Shown here: in pieces, positions 14,551 through 24,112 of the stretch
How positions within the stretch are numbered: the stretch's first letter is position 1
Layout of the letters: the number at the start of each line of letters is the position of its first letter
Assembly: GCA_030123765.1 (NCBI GenBank)
Contig: JASJXX010000002.1
Coordinates: 459 to 64,458, forward strand
Length of the DNA stretch: 64,000 nt
Direction of reading: 5' to 3'
From: Actinomycetota bacterium
Lineage (GTDB): Bacteria; Actinomycetota; Acidimicrobiia; Spongiisociales; UBA5794
The notes under the pieces: model-generated
Told to the model about the DNA's origin: nothing
The model's database searches: none
The model's input: only the letters and a program-made list of their open reading frames with translations
Program-made: the position numbers and the translations under genes

Positions 14551-14590
14551 CGACGTGCAGCCTATCGGGGTAGCGAGTGCGAGACCGGCA

Positions 14591-16075
14591 TCACGGCTCG
14601 ATCCAATTGAGCGACCGGTCGATCGCTCTCGACCAACCGGCCAGAAGACGGCTTCTGACCGCATCCTCCATGGCGGGCTGGTATCGGGTTGCTTCGCTCC
14701 AGTGACGCGTGACCTCATCTATGTCGCTCCACAGGCCCCCGGCGAGCCCAGCGCCGAAGGCCGCTCCGAGCGCAGTGGTCTCGGTGACCGACGGCACAAC
14801 TACGTCGATGCCGAGCACATCGGCCTGAAATTGCATGAGCAGCGCATTCGCGACCATACCCCCATCGACCCTGAGCTCGGACAGCGCACGGCCCGTGTCG
14901 GTGACCATTGCATCGAGCACGTCCTTCGTCTGGAACGCCGTTGCTTCTAGCACCGCCCGCGCGATGTGCCCCTTGTTCGAGTAGTGGGTGAGCCCGACGA
15001 GGACGCCTCGCGCGTCGTCTCGCCAGTGTGGGGCGAACAGGCCCGAGAACGCGGGAACGAAGTAAACGTCTCCGTTGTCAGGAACGGTCGAAGCAAGAAC
15101 CTCGATCTCTTCGGCGCTCGAGATGAGCCCGATGTTGTCCCGCAGCCACTGTACTGCGGATCCAGCGACCGCTACCGAGCCCTCCAGCGCGTATCGAGGG
15201 GACTCTCCTGCGATCTGATAGGCGACGGTCGTGAGCAGACCGGATGACGAAGAGACGATCTCCGTACCGGTGTTCGATACCAGGAATGCCCCCGTCCCAT
15301 AGGTGACTTTCGTATCACCGACGCTGAAAGCGGCCTGGCCAACCAGAGCGGCGTGCTGATCACCGAGAATCGTCATGAGCCTTGTGCCTTCCAGGACTCC
15401 CGAACATGCTCCGATATCCCCGATGGAGGGCACTATCTCGGGGAGTAGAGCCATCGGGACGCCGACCGCGTCACAGAGATCCTCGTCCCAGGCGAGGGTT
15501 GCAAGATCCATCAGCATCGTCCTGCTGGCATTCGTGACGTCCGTCACATGCCTACCAGTCAAGTGCCACGCAAGCCACGAATCGATCGTGCCGAACGCGA
15601 GATCACCATTGATCGCGCGCCGGGCCAGATCGGGGCTCTGATCAAGTATCGAGCGGATCTTGGGACCAGCAAAGTACGTCGCAGGGGGCAGACCTGTCTT
15701 CTGTCTGAAGGCTTCAGAGCCGTAACTCGCAGCAAGCGACTTCACAAGGTCCGCGGTGCGGGTGTCCTGCCACACGATCGCGTTCGTTACAGCCTCCCCC
15801 GTCAGACGATCCCAGACGACGGTCGTTTCGCGCTGGTTCGCAATGCCCACGCCGAGAAGGTCCGACGCGCGCAGACCGGCGAGATCAAGCGCGTCCTGGA
15901 TGACCGCACGCGTGTTCGCGAGGATCTCTTCGGGACGATGCTCGACCCGCCCCGGGCCGGGCAGTACCTGAGCATGCTCCATCCGGGAGACAGACACGAA
16001 GGCACCTTCAGCGTCGACGATCACGAAACGCGTGCTCGTAGTCCCCTGGTCGATCGCTCCCACGAATGCATCCAC
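14591..16075 (-). CDS. glpK: Glycerol kinase
   Basis: It has GAIDQGTTSTRF, GDQHAAL and FGGY-family kinase sequence over its full length (494 aa). Confidence 0.95.
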   Translation of the reverse strand: MDAFVGAIDQGTTSTRFVIVDAEGAFVSVSRMEHAQVLPGPGRVEHRPEEILANTRAVIQDALDLAGLRASDLLGVGIANQRETTVVWDRLTGEAVTNAIVWQDTRTADLVKSLAASYGSEAFRQKTGLPPATYFAGPKIRSILDQSPDLARRAINGDLAFGTIDSWLAWHLTGRHVTDVTNASRTMLMDLATLAWDEDLCDAVGVPMALLPEIVPSIGDIGACSGVLEGTRLMTILGDQHAALVGQAAFSVGDTKVTYGTGAFLVSNTGTEIVSSSSGLLTTVAYQIAGESPRYALEGSVAVAGSAVQWLRDNIGLISSAEEIEVLASTVPDNGDVYFVPAFSGLFAPHWRDDARGVLVGLTHYSNKGHIARAVLEATAFQTKDVLDAMVTDTGRALSELRVDGGMVANALLMQFQADVLGIDVVVPSVTETTALGAAFGAGLAGGLWSDIDEVTRHWSEATRYQPAMEDAVRSRLLAGWSRAIDRSLNWIEP

Positions 16076-16088
16076 TGCCAGGCTCCGG

Positions 16089-16646
16089 CTAGTCGTTCAA
16101 TTCCCCGGCGAATTGGCGAGCATCCTCGCCACCGGCGATGATGAATCGTTGAATCACCTCGGCTGCACGGTACACCGATACGTCAGCGTCCGGCCGCTGA
16201 GAGCGGGTGAACTTCCCGAGAACATAGGCGGCAGGATCCATTCTCCCCGGGGGACGCCCGACTCCGATCTTGAGCCGCCAGAAGTCGCGGGACTTCAGAG
16301 ATCCAGCGATAGAACGGACACCGTTGTTCCCACCGTGGCCACCGGACCACTGCACCTTCAGCCTTCCAAAGGGCACATCGATGTCATCGTGCACGATGAG
16401 TACCTCAGACAGTTCGACGCCGTAGTAGCGCACGAGGGGTTGGACCACCTGGCCAGATTCGTTCATGTAAGTCGTCGGCAACGCAAGCACGGCTCGGTGG
16501 CCTTCTGTGTTCACATCCGTGATCTCAGCGCGCATCCCTTGCGGGGCACGCTTGAGCCCCGCTCGCGCGTCCTGCAGATACCGGCTCACGGCCTCGCCAC
16601 CTATGTTGTGGCGAGTCCCTACGTATTCACGTCCCGGATTCCGCAA
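16089..16646 (-). CDS. pth: Peptidyl-tRNA hydrolase
   Basis: It has GNPGREYVGTRHNIG and the conserved position after rplY. Confidence 0.93.
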   Translation of the reverse strand: MRNPGREYVGTRHNIGGEAVSRYLQDARAGLKRAPQGMRAEITDVNTEGHRAVLALPTTYMNESGQVVQPLVRYYGVELSEVLIVHDDIDVPFGRLKVQWSGGHGGNNGVRSIAGSLKSRDFWRLKIGVGRPPGRMDPAAYVLGKFTRSQRPDADVSVYRAAEVIQRFIIAGGEDARQFAGELND

Positions 16647-16678
16647 CCCGACGACAAGGCGATTGCCCGACGGGGTGA

Positions 16679-17338
16679 TCAGCCCTGATCCTCTTCGGTG
16701 CCTTCGGACGAGACCTCTTCTTCTTCTTCGCCCTCCTCGCCCTCCTCGCCCTCAAGAAGTGACGACACCGCTGCAACCTCCGCGGCGGGCAGGCTCACCG
16801 TGATGAGCGGATAGTCGCCATCATGGAGATAGGTGACGCCTTCGATCTCGATGAGGTCGCTGACAGTGAGCGTTGCGTGCAGCGCCATCCCCGAAATGTC
16901 CACCTCGATCGATGAAGGGATCGCGTTCGGGAGGGCGGAGATCGTCACGCTGGGCTCAAGCATCTGGACAATCCCGCCATCTTCGGTCACACCGATCGGG
17001 ATTCCGACGAAATCAAGTTGCACCTCAGCTTCGATCTCAGTGTCCAACGACACCTGGATGAAATCGAGATGATCGATCTCGCCGCGTGCCGGATGACGCT
17101 GAACCTCGCGAGCAACGGTGAGCACGGTGTCTCCGTCAACGTCAAGCTCAATGATCGCGTTGAGGCCGGCTTCAGTGTTCAGAACGGCGCTCAGGTCATG
17201 CTTGGACACGTGGACCGCGACCGCGTCGATGTCTACTCCGTAGACGACGCCAGGCACGCGTCCCTCACGGCGGAGCCGTCGTGAGGGACGACTTCCCGCG
17301 GTCACGCGCTTCGCTGCGCGCAGAATCTCCTGCTGCAT
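16679..17338 (-). CDS. rplY: 50S ribosomal protein L25 / Ctc-type
   Basis: It has the N-terminal RREGRVPGVVYG and a two-domain Ctc form with an acidic tail EGEEGEEGEEEEE. Confidence 0.9.
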   Translation of the reverse strand: MQQEILRAAKRVTAGSRPSRRLRREGRVPGVVYGVDIDAVAVHVSKHDLSAVLNTEAGLNAIIELDVDGDTVLTVAREVQRHPARGEIDHLDFIQVSLDTEIEAEVQLDFVGIPIGVTEDGGIVQMLEPSVTISALPNAIPSSIEVDISGMALHATLTVSDLIEIEGVTYLHDGDYPLITVSLPAAEVAAVSSLLEGEEGEEGEEEEEVSSEGTEEDQG

Positions 17339-17448
17339 GTGTGGTCTCCAGGCAAATCGGGTGGGGGTTCATCTGTGAGTTTACGCGGATCGCGACAGAA
17401 GCGCTATAGAGCTGGCTGCAACAATCCCTCACCCCGCGTTCTCACGTC

Positions 17449-19143
17449 TCACTGTTCCAGGGTCCGGGACCTTCGATATGGGAGAATCTCGATGATCTCG
17501 CCAGCAACGATCCGATCCTGCACACCCTGCCAGAAGTCGATGTCGAACAAGTCAGAGTGGTAAACGTCAAACACTTCTCTCAACTCTCCCGTCAGTCCGA
17601 GGAAGCGGGGCAGTTCCTCGGGGAAGACATCGTTGGGACCAACACCGAAGGGGGGTGTGGCACTGAGTTCGTCGAGAGGATCATCTAATTGCGGAAAGCG
17701 CCTGAACTTGCATTCGGTGATCTCGCACAGTTCGTCATAGTCGTAGAACACGATCCGCCCCCTGGATGTGACACCGAAGTTCTTGAGAAGCATGTCACCC
17801 GGGAAGATATTCGTCGCGGCGAGATTCTTGATCGCCGTTCCGTAGTCGATGATCGCCCGGGCAGCGTCGTCACTACCGGCCTCTCTCAGAAAGATGTCGA
17901 GCGGTATCACTCGCCGCTCGACATACACGACCTTGAAGTTCACATCGCCGTTGTGAATCTCTACTGAGCGTGCAGCCTCGGAGAGAAGCTCGTTGAGTAG
18001 TACCTCGTCAAACCGGTCGCGCGGAAGCCTCAGATCAACGAATCGCTGCGCTTCCACGAGCCTACCCGCACGGTCATGGCGCGCCACGATGCGGTACTTG
18101 CCCGCGACCGCAGCGGGCGTGAAGTTCTTCTGAGGCGGGAAGTGGTCACGGATCACCTTGAAGACGACGTCGTACCCCCCGAGCGTGAACACAATCATGA
18201 CGAGGCCGGGAACGCCGTCGGCATACACCAGCTTGTCGGTTGATGTCTCGAGGTAGCGGGCGAGATCCCTGTACCGCTCCGTTTTGGCCTGCTTGCGAAA
18301 ACCGATCGAGGCATAGAGCTCCGCCGGTTTTCTCTTCGGGAGCAGATCGGAGAGGAACGCTACGAGATGACTCGGAATGTCCACGGAGACGAGGAACGCC
18401 GAGCGGGTATATGAGAACAGGATCGCCACATCCTCCTCTCCGACGAGCACCGCGCTGAGCTGCAGCCCGGATCGCCGATGCCGAATCGCGAGGGCGAAAG
18501 GCGTCTGTGTCGCGCCATGGAACATCCTGCCGATGAGATATGCCCCCTTCCCCCGGTAGAACAGTCGATCGACAACCTCGACCCGGTCCGGACACCCGGG
18601 CATCAGATCGACAGCGGCATCAAGGTTCCTGTGGATGTCTGCCCACGATGCATGGAATCGGCACTCCCTCAGCAGGTCGGCCAGCAGCGAACGGACATCA
18701 GATGGGCGGTCGTACACACGCAGCAGCGGATGGGTGGGCAGGATCGTCGGCTTCGGCGGAACGCCGAGAAACTCGATCTGTGGGTCGATGCCCTCGGTGC
18801 TGAACAGCCTCCTTGCGACCGAGTTGAAGAACGTCTCCGCGATCTCGGTGTACGGATCCGACGCGTGCTGGATGCGAAACAGGGACCTCGCGTCAGACCA
18901 GGCTTCCCTGTCGCCTGTGTCGTAGCCGGCATCGACGAGCGATTCGATCGTCGCAGCGAGATTCGACCCGTACGCGTCGAATCGCTCGAGATCGTCTCTG
19001 CGAATCGAGGGCCAATCCCTGCTCTCGAACCGAGCGGCGGCTCGCCTCGTCGAGGACTGGAACCGACGCCTGTAGGACTGAAACCCGATCGCGATCAGTG
19101 CGGCAATCTGTTCAGGAGCGAGGCTCATACGTGCCCACCACAA
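17449..19143 (-). CDS. aceK: Isocitrate dehydrogenase kinase/phosphatase AceK
   Basis: It is near-colinear with E. coli AceK from memory. Matching blocks include GVPGLVMIVFTLGGYDVVFKVIRDHFPPQKN, HDRAGRLVEAQRF, NIFPGDMLLKNFGVTSRGRIVFYDYDEL and NDVFPEE. Confidence 0.9.
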   Translation of the reverse strand: MWWARMSLAPEQIAALIAIGFQSYRRRFQSSTRRAAARFESRDWPSIRRDDLERFDAYGSNLAATIESLVDAGYDTGDREAWSDARSLFRIQHASDPYTEIAETFFNSVARRLFSTEGIDPQIEFLGVPPKPTILPTHPLLRVYDRPSDVRSLLADLLRECRFHASWADIHRNLDAAVDLMPGCPDRVEVVDRLFYRGKGAYLIGRMFHGATQTPFALAIRHRRSGLQLSAVLVGEEDVAILFSYTRSAFLVSVDIPSHLVAFLSDLLPKRKPAELYASIGFRKQAKTERYRDLARYLETSTDKLVYADGVPGLVMIVFTLGGYDVVFKVIRDHFPPQKNFTPAAVAGKYRIVARHDRAGRLVEAQRFVDLRLPRDRFDEVLLNELLSEAARSVEIHNGDVNFKVVYVERRVIPLDIFLREAGSDDAARAIIDYGTAIKNLAATNIFPGDMLLKNFGVTSRGRIVFYDYDELCEITECKFRRFPQLDDPLDELSATPPFGVGPNDVFPEELPRFLGLTGELREVFDVYHSDLFDIDFWQGVQDRIVAGEIIEILPYRRSRTLEQ

Positions 19144-19150
19144 CCTGCGG

Positions 19151-20125
19151 TCAGATGTTCTCGCCCTTGAACAGCTCGCTCACGGACGAATCGCTGAAGA
19201 TTGCCTCGATTGTGCCTGCAACGATCGGTGCGACCGACAACACAGTCAGGTTTGGCAGCGAGAGGGCCTCAGGAGTGACAGGGAGCGTGTTTGTGATGAT
19301 GATCTCGCTGATCGGAGCGGCCGAGAGCCGCTCGATCGCCGGCGGTGAGAGAATGCCGTGCGTGGCAGCCACGATGACCGAGAGAGCTCCACGTTTGACG
19401 AGCAGTTCAGCGCTCGCTACCACGGTGCCCGCGGTGTCGATCATGTCATCGACGATCACGCAGTGCCTGCCTTCGACGTCGCCGACGACCCACTCGGCAT
19501 CGACATCGTTCCGCAGTTCGCCGCGACGCCTCTTGTACACGAACGCAACCTCAGCGTCGATGTGGCTGGCAAACCTCGTGGCACGTTTCACGCCGCCGGA
19601 ATCGGGAGATACAAAGGTGATCGGGCCATGGAGCCTGTGAGCGAAGTACTCCTCGAACAGGGGCATTGCGGTGAGCGAATCGAACGGCGCATCGATGAAG
19701 CCCTGGATCTGGCCCGTGTGCAGGTCAACAGATGCGATGCGGTTCGCTCCCGCCGCGATAAAGAGATCACCCATCATCTTTGCGGTGATCGGTTCGCGTG
19801 GTCGACCCTTCTTGTCCTGGCGTGCGTAGCCATAGCATGGGACAACGGCAGTAATCCGTTTCGCCGACGCACGTTTGAGCGCGTCGATCATGATCAACTG
19901 CTCCATGATGTGTTCATTGACTGGATCCGAGTGGCTCTGGATCACAAAACAGTCTGCGCCTCGCACGGACTCGGTGTAGCGGATGTATATCTCGCCGTTC
20001 GCGAACGTCGATCGCTCCACGCCACCAAGTTCGGTGTCGAGGAGCTTGGCTACCTCAGCCGCAAGATCCTCGTTTGCCGACCCCGAGAACACCATGAGCC
20101 TCTTGAGCCCCGGACGCATCATCAC
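19151..20125 (-). CDS. prs: Ribose-phosphate pyrophosphokinase
   Basis: It has the PRPP-binding loop VIVDDMIDTAGT and GGVKRA. It is 324 aa and lies downstream of glmU. Confidence 0.95.
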   Translation of the reverse strand: MMMRPGLKRLMVFSGSANEDLAAEVAKLLDTELGGVERSTFANGEIYIRYTESVRGADCFVIQSHSDPVNEHIMEQLIMIDALKRASAKRITAVVPCYGYARQDKKGRPREPITAKMMGDLFIAAGANRIASVDLHTGQIQGFIDAPFDSLTAMPLFEEYFAHRLHGPITFVSPDSGGVKRATRFASHIDAEVAFVYKRRRGELRNDVDAEWVVGDVEGRHCVIVDDMIDTAGTVVASAELLVKRGALSVIVAATHGILSPPAIERLSAAPISEIIITNTLPVTPEALSLPNLTVLSVAPIVAGTIEAIFSDSSVSELFKGENI

Positions 20126-21504
20126 TCCTCCGACTCCTTCTCCGCGCGTAGCCGCCGCCTCTCAGCGTAGCCAGGGATGTTGCGTTGTGAACTTCGCTCA
20201 ATGCCGAGGGAACCTTCGGGTACGTCATCCGTGATGACGGACCCCGCTCCCGTGTAGGCGTCATCCCCGATCATCACAGGGGCCACCAGCATCGTGTCTG
20301 AGCCGATCCGCACACGGTCTCCGATTGTCGTGCGATACTTCTTGTGACCGTCGTAATTGACGGTGACGGTGGCCGCCCCGATATTCGTATCCCTGCCGAT
20401 GGTGGCGTCACCGATGTAGCTGAGGTGGGGGATCTTGGATCCCTCGCCGATCTCAGAATTCTTGACTTCGACGTAGGCCCCAATCTTGGTTCCGCCGGCG
20501 AGAACGGTGCCGGGACGCAGATACGTGTACGGGCCGATCAAGGAGTTCTCGCCCACTACTGCACCGCGGAGTACGGCGTGGACAACTATGGCATCTGCAC
20601 CGATGACCGAGTCGTGTACCTGCACGCTCGGGCCGATGCACGCACCGACCGCGACGGTCGTATCGCCCGTCAGGTAAGTATCGGGGTAGATCTGACTTCG
20701 GGGGGCGACGTCGACTCCTGCGTCGATGTACACGCGTGATGGGTCGAGCATCCAGACACCCGACTCCATGAGCGTGGTGTTGATGCGGGTTCTGAGCACC
20801 GCTGCCACCTCTGCGAGCTGAGCCTGAGTGTTGACTCCGACCCCCTCCTCGGCATCGGTGAGGAACCCTGCCACCCGGTGACCCGCAGCAACAATGACGC
20901 TGACGGCATCGGTGAGGTAATACTCACCCTGGTCGTTCTCATTCGAGATCTGTTCAAGCGCCTCCGCGAGCAGCGCACCGTCAAAGACGTAGACGGAGGT
21001 GTTCACCTCGCTGATAGAACGCTGTTCATGCGACGCGTCGCGCTCCTCGACGATCGCTGCAACATCTCCGTCCAACCGGATGATCCGTCCGTACCCGTGC
21101 GGGTCATCGAGTTTGACCGTGAGGACTGTCGCCGCGGCAGCGCTCTGATTGTGGCGTTCCACGAGCCCACGGAGCGTCTCTGCCTTGATGAGAGGCATAT
21201 CACCGGGAACGACGACCACGATGTCGTGGACCCTGGTGAAACCGCCGAGACCGACCATGGCGGCATGTCCTGTTCCGTTCTGCGGTTCCTGGACCGCGGT
21301 GATGATCCCCTCCGCGAGCCCGGAAGTCACCTCGTCGGCTTGAACTCCAACGACGACGGAGGTCTCGTCTGGGTCAAGCATGCCTACGGCTTCGAGAACC
21401 CAGTCGAGCAGTGTTCGACCTGCTGCGGTGTGGAGCACTTTGGCCAACCCGGTCTCCATCCGGGTACCTCTGCCTGCTGCGAGAATGATCACGCCGACAC
21501 TCAT
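20122..21504 (-). CDS. glmU: Bifunctional GlcNAc-1-P uridyltransferase / GlcN-1-P acetyltransferase
   Basis: It has ILAAGRGTRM at the N-terminus and a left-handed beta-helix hexapeptide C-terminal half (NYDGHKKYRTTIGD). Confidence 0.95.
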   Translation of the reverse strand: MSVGVIILAAGRGTRMETGLAKVLHTAAGRTLLDWVLEAVGMLDPDETSVVVGVQADEVTSGLAEGIITAVQEPQNGTGHAAMVGLGGFTRVHDIVVVVPGDMPLIKAETLRGLVERHNQSAAAATVLTVKLDDPHGYGRIIRLDGDVAAIVEERDASHEQRSISEVNTSVYVFDGALLAEALEQISNENDQGEYYLTDAVSVIVAAGHRVAGFLTDAEEGVGVNTQAQLAEVAAVLRTRINTTLMESGVWMLDPSRVYIDAGVDVAPRSQIYPDTYLTGDTTVAVGACIGPSVQVHDSVIGADAIVVHAVLRGAVVGENSLIGPYTYLRPGTVLAGGTKIGAYVEVKNSEIGEGSKIPHLSYIGDATIGRDTNIGAATVTVNYDGHKKYRTTIGDRVRIGSDTMLVAPVMIGDDAYTGAGSVITDDVPEGSLGIERSSQRNIPGYAERRRLRAEKESEE

Positions 21505-21529
21505 CTGATCACAACCTTTGGTCGTTTCG

Positions 21530-21601
21530 CTGGGGGGACAGGACTCGAACCCGTACTAGGTGGACCAAAACCACCTGTGCTGCCAGTTACACCACCCCCC
21601 A
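21530..21601 (-). tRNA. tRNA-Gln (anticodon UUG)
   Basis: A hand-folded cloverleaf has a 7-bp acceptor stem UGGGGGG/CCCCCCA, a 4-bp D stem, an anticodon stem GGUGG/CCACC with loop UUUUGGU, and a T arm ACGGG-UUCGAGU-CCUGU. There is no encoded CCA. It lies between glmU and ispE as in other actinobacteria. Confidence 0.9.
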
Positions 21602-21657
21602 CTGTGGTGGCGCGCACACCAAGTCTAGAGGAGGGTCGAGCGTGTATCCCTTCGCTG

Positions 21658-22506
21658 TCACCCATCAACCCGCTCCCATCCGCGCCCGACGAGCGCAACG
21701 GCTTCGGCAGCTCTCAGTGGTACATCGATGCTGCGAACAGCGCCCTCTGCTTCTTCGAGGGTACCAAAGAAGCCGAAGAGCGCGGAGCCCGATCCCGTCA
21801 TGGCGACGGCCGTCCCCCACCTCGCCGCGATCTCCGAGCGCCAGTCGCCGATACGGGGGTCAAGCGAGAGTGCGGCAGGCAATAGGTCGTTTCGGATCGG
21901 AAGGCCGCCTCTAAGGATCGGAGGCAGGTACCGGTCCTCGATCACCTCACCCGTCGGCCCGTCAAGGCGATCCCACTCGGCGAACACGGCAGGCGTCGAG
22001 AGAGCAAACGGTGGAACGATGATTCCGAGTGCGAAGCCGGCCAACGGATCGAGTTCGCTGAGTCGCTCACCCCTCCCCTCAACGAGCTGGGTCCCTCCTA
22101 TTAGAGAGAAAGGAACGTCGGCGCCGAGCGACTCCGCTAGCTCTGCCTGCGCCTCGTCGTCAAGTCCAAACCTCTCCGCCATCAGACCGAGGGCAGCAGC
22201 GGCGTCGGCGCTTCCGCCTCCGAGGCCCGCCCCCGCCGGGATCCGCTTGTGCATCTCCAGAGCGACAGGCGCAGTGACACGCGCGGAACGCCTCACCGCC
22301 TGGACCGCCTTCCACGCCAGGTTGGACTCGTCCTCTGGCGCCTCACCGTTCGTGACGATGATCGCGTCGTGCGACGCCGGCATCACCGCGACATCGTCGT
22401 GAAGCGAGACAGATTGAAAGATCCCACGGAGCGGGTGAAACCCGTCTGCCGAACGCGGGTAGATCGCGAGAGCAAGATTGACCTTGGCGTACGCCACCGC
22501 ATTCAT
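21658..22506 (-). CDS. ispE: 4-diphosphocytidyl-2-C-methyl-D-erythritol kinase
   Basis: It has AYAKVNLAL and the GHMP kinase motif KRIPAGAGLGGGSADAAA. Confidence 0.9.
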   Translation of the reverse strand: MNAVAYAKVNLALAIYPRSADGFHPLRGIFQSVSLHDDVAVMPASHDAIIVTNGEAPEDESNLAWKAVQAVRRSARVTAPVALEMHKRIPAGAGLGGGSADAAAALGLMAERFGLDDEAQAELAESLGADVPFSLIGGTQLVEGRGERLSELDPLAGFALGIIVPPFALSTPAVFAEWDRLDGPTGEVIEDRYLPPILRGGLPIRNDLLPAALSLDPRIGDWRSEIAARWGTAVAMTGSGSALFGFFGTLEEAEGAVRSIDVPLRAAEAVALVGRGWERVDG

Positions 22507-23333
22507 GCCCCAAGCTCCTCTGCCTCGGCGATTCGGACGAACTCAGAGGGTGCGAGCTGTTCCGGCCTTGCTGTCGGGTCAATGCGCGCCCTCACGAGGA
22601 TCGACGTTGGATCGACAAGGATGGCGGCCAGGGACCGTCTGAGCATCTTACGGCGCTGGCCAAACGCCACACCTGCGAGCTTCATCGCCCTCGCAGCGGC
22701 AGCGGGCGCTTCCTTACGGTCGAGAACGATCACCGCTGACGCGACTCTCGGCTGCGGCTCGAATACCTGAGGTGGCACCGCAAACGCGAATCTTCCCTCA
22801 GCGTGAAGCCCGACGATGACAGACGGGAGCCCGTACGTCTTGGATCCTTCATCGGCCAGCAGCCTATCGGCAACTTCTCTCTGAACCATGACCACGATGC
22901 GCGTGACCTGTGACACGTGTCGGAGCGTGTCAAGCACGATCCCTGTGCCCACGTTGTACGGCAAGTTCGCGACCATGGTCCACACCCCGGCGCCCAGGGC
23001 CGCGTGGAGATCAATGCGAGCAGCATCCTCGAATCGGAGTTCGACATTTTCGAGGTGCCCTACCGTCTCTTCCAGGATAGGTGCGAGGGACCGATCGATC
23101 TCGTAGGCAACAACGCTTCGAGCTCGGCCCGCCAGAGCCGAAGTGATCGTCCCGGTACCTGCCCCTATCTCAACGACCTGTGAAGAGTTGTCGAGGTCAG
23201 CCTCCGCGACGAGACGTCTCACAATGTTCGGATCAGCGAGGAAGTTCTGACCGTACGAGTAGGTCGGCTGCTGGCCGTGCACTCTCAACAATCGGCGGAT
23301 CTCGCTGCGGGCCTGTGTCCCGTCGTCAACCAC
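22503..23333 (-). CDS. rsmA: 16S rRNA (adenine1518/1519-N6)-dimethyltransferase
   Basis: It has GQNFLADPNIVRRL and the SAM motif VEIGAGTGTIT. The GTG 23333 start was chosen to avoid a long overlap with tatD; the track ORF starts at 23423. Confidence 0.88.
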   Translation of the reverse strand: MVDDGTQARSEIRRLLRVHGQQPTYSYGQNFLADPNIVRRLVAEADLDNSSQVVEIGAGTGTITSALAGRARSVVAYEIDRSLAPILEETVGHLENVELRFEDAARIDLHAALGAGVWTMVANLPYNVGTGIVLDTLRHVSQVTRIVVMVQREVADRLLADEGSKTYGLPSVIVGLHAEGRFAFAVPPQVFEPQPRVASAVIVLDRKEAPAAAARAMKLAGVAFGQRRKMLRRSLAAILVDPTSILVRARIDPTARPEQLAPSEFVRIAEAEELGA

Positions 23334-24111
23334 GAGGGAGACCGAACACTCGTGCCGCCGTCTCTGAGGTGAGCCGAGCAACCTCGTCGATCTCCACACC
23401 CCATACCTGCCCGAGTGCGGCACCGATGAGCGACACGTTCGCCGGCTCGTTGGCTCGCCCTCTCAGCGGCTCCGGGGTCAGGTACGGACTGTCGGTTTCG
23501 AGCATCGTGCGATCTCTGGGTGCGTGGCGTGCAGCAAGACGCAGTGTCTCGCCCGTCGGGTAGGTCAACGGGCCGGCAAAAGAGAACGTCACGTCGAGTT
23601 CCCTGAATCGTTTCGTCCACTTGGGCCCTCCTGTCCAACAGTGCAGCACCGCACGAGCTCCAAGGTCGGCTTCGGCGAGCATCTCGAAGACGTCTCGGAA
23701 CGCGTCCCTGCAGTGGACGATTACCGGCTTGTCGAGATCCGCTGCGAGATCGAGCTGCTCCCTGAAAGCAAGGACCTGGTCTTCGCGCGAGGCAAGATTC
23801 CGGTACCAGTCCAGGCCGCACTCCCCGATCGCGTCCGCGTCAATCGCGAGTTCCGCGATCTCGTCCGCGGCCGCAGGCCAGTCCGCCGCGCTGTGCGGGT
23901 GCAGGCCCGCCGACCAGAGCACGCGATCCGGCAACCGATCGGCGAGCGCCCGTGATCGCCTCGACGATGCGACATCGACGCCGGGACAGAGCAACCAATC
24001 GACACCTGCATCACGAGCGCGGTCAAGCACTCTGTCAGGCTCGTCCTCCATGAGGAAGAGATGAGCGTGCGTGTCGACCCACGCGGGTGAGGCCGCGGCA
24101 GGCACCGTCAT
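23326..24111 (-). CDS. tatD: TatD family metal-dependent hydrolase
   Basis: It has WVDTHAHL, ECGLDWY, VIVHCRDA and LETDSPYL. The ATG 24111 start lies right after the metG stop. Confidence 0.9.
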   Translation of the reverse strand: MTVPAAASPAWVDTHAHLFLMEDEPDRVLDRARDAGVDWLLCPGVDVASSRRSRALADRLPDRVLWSAGLHPHSAADWPAAADEIAELAIDADAIGECGLDWYRNLASREDQVLAFREQLDLAADLDKPVIVHCRDAFRDVFEMLAEADLGARAVLHCWTGGPKWTKRFRELDVTFSFAGPLTYPTGETLRLAARHAPRDRTMLETDSPYLTPEPLRGRANEPANVSLIGAALGQVWGVEIDEVARLTSETAARVFGLPRG

Positions 24112-24112
24112 C

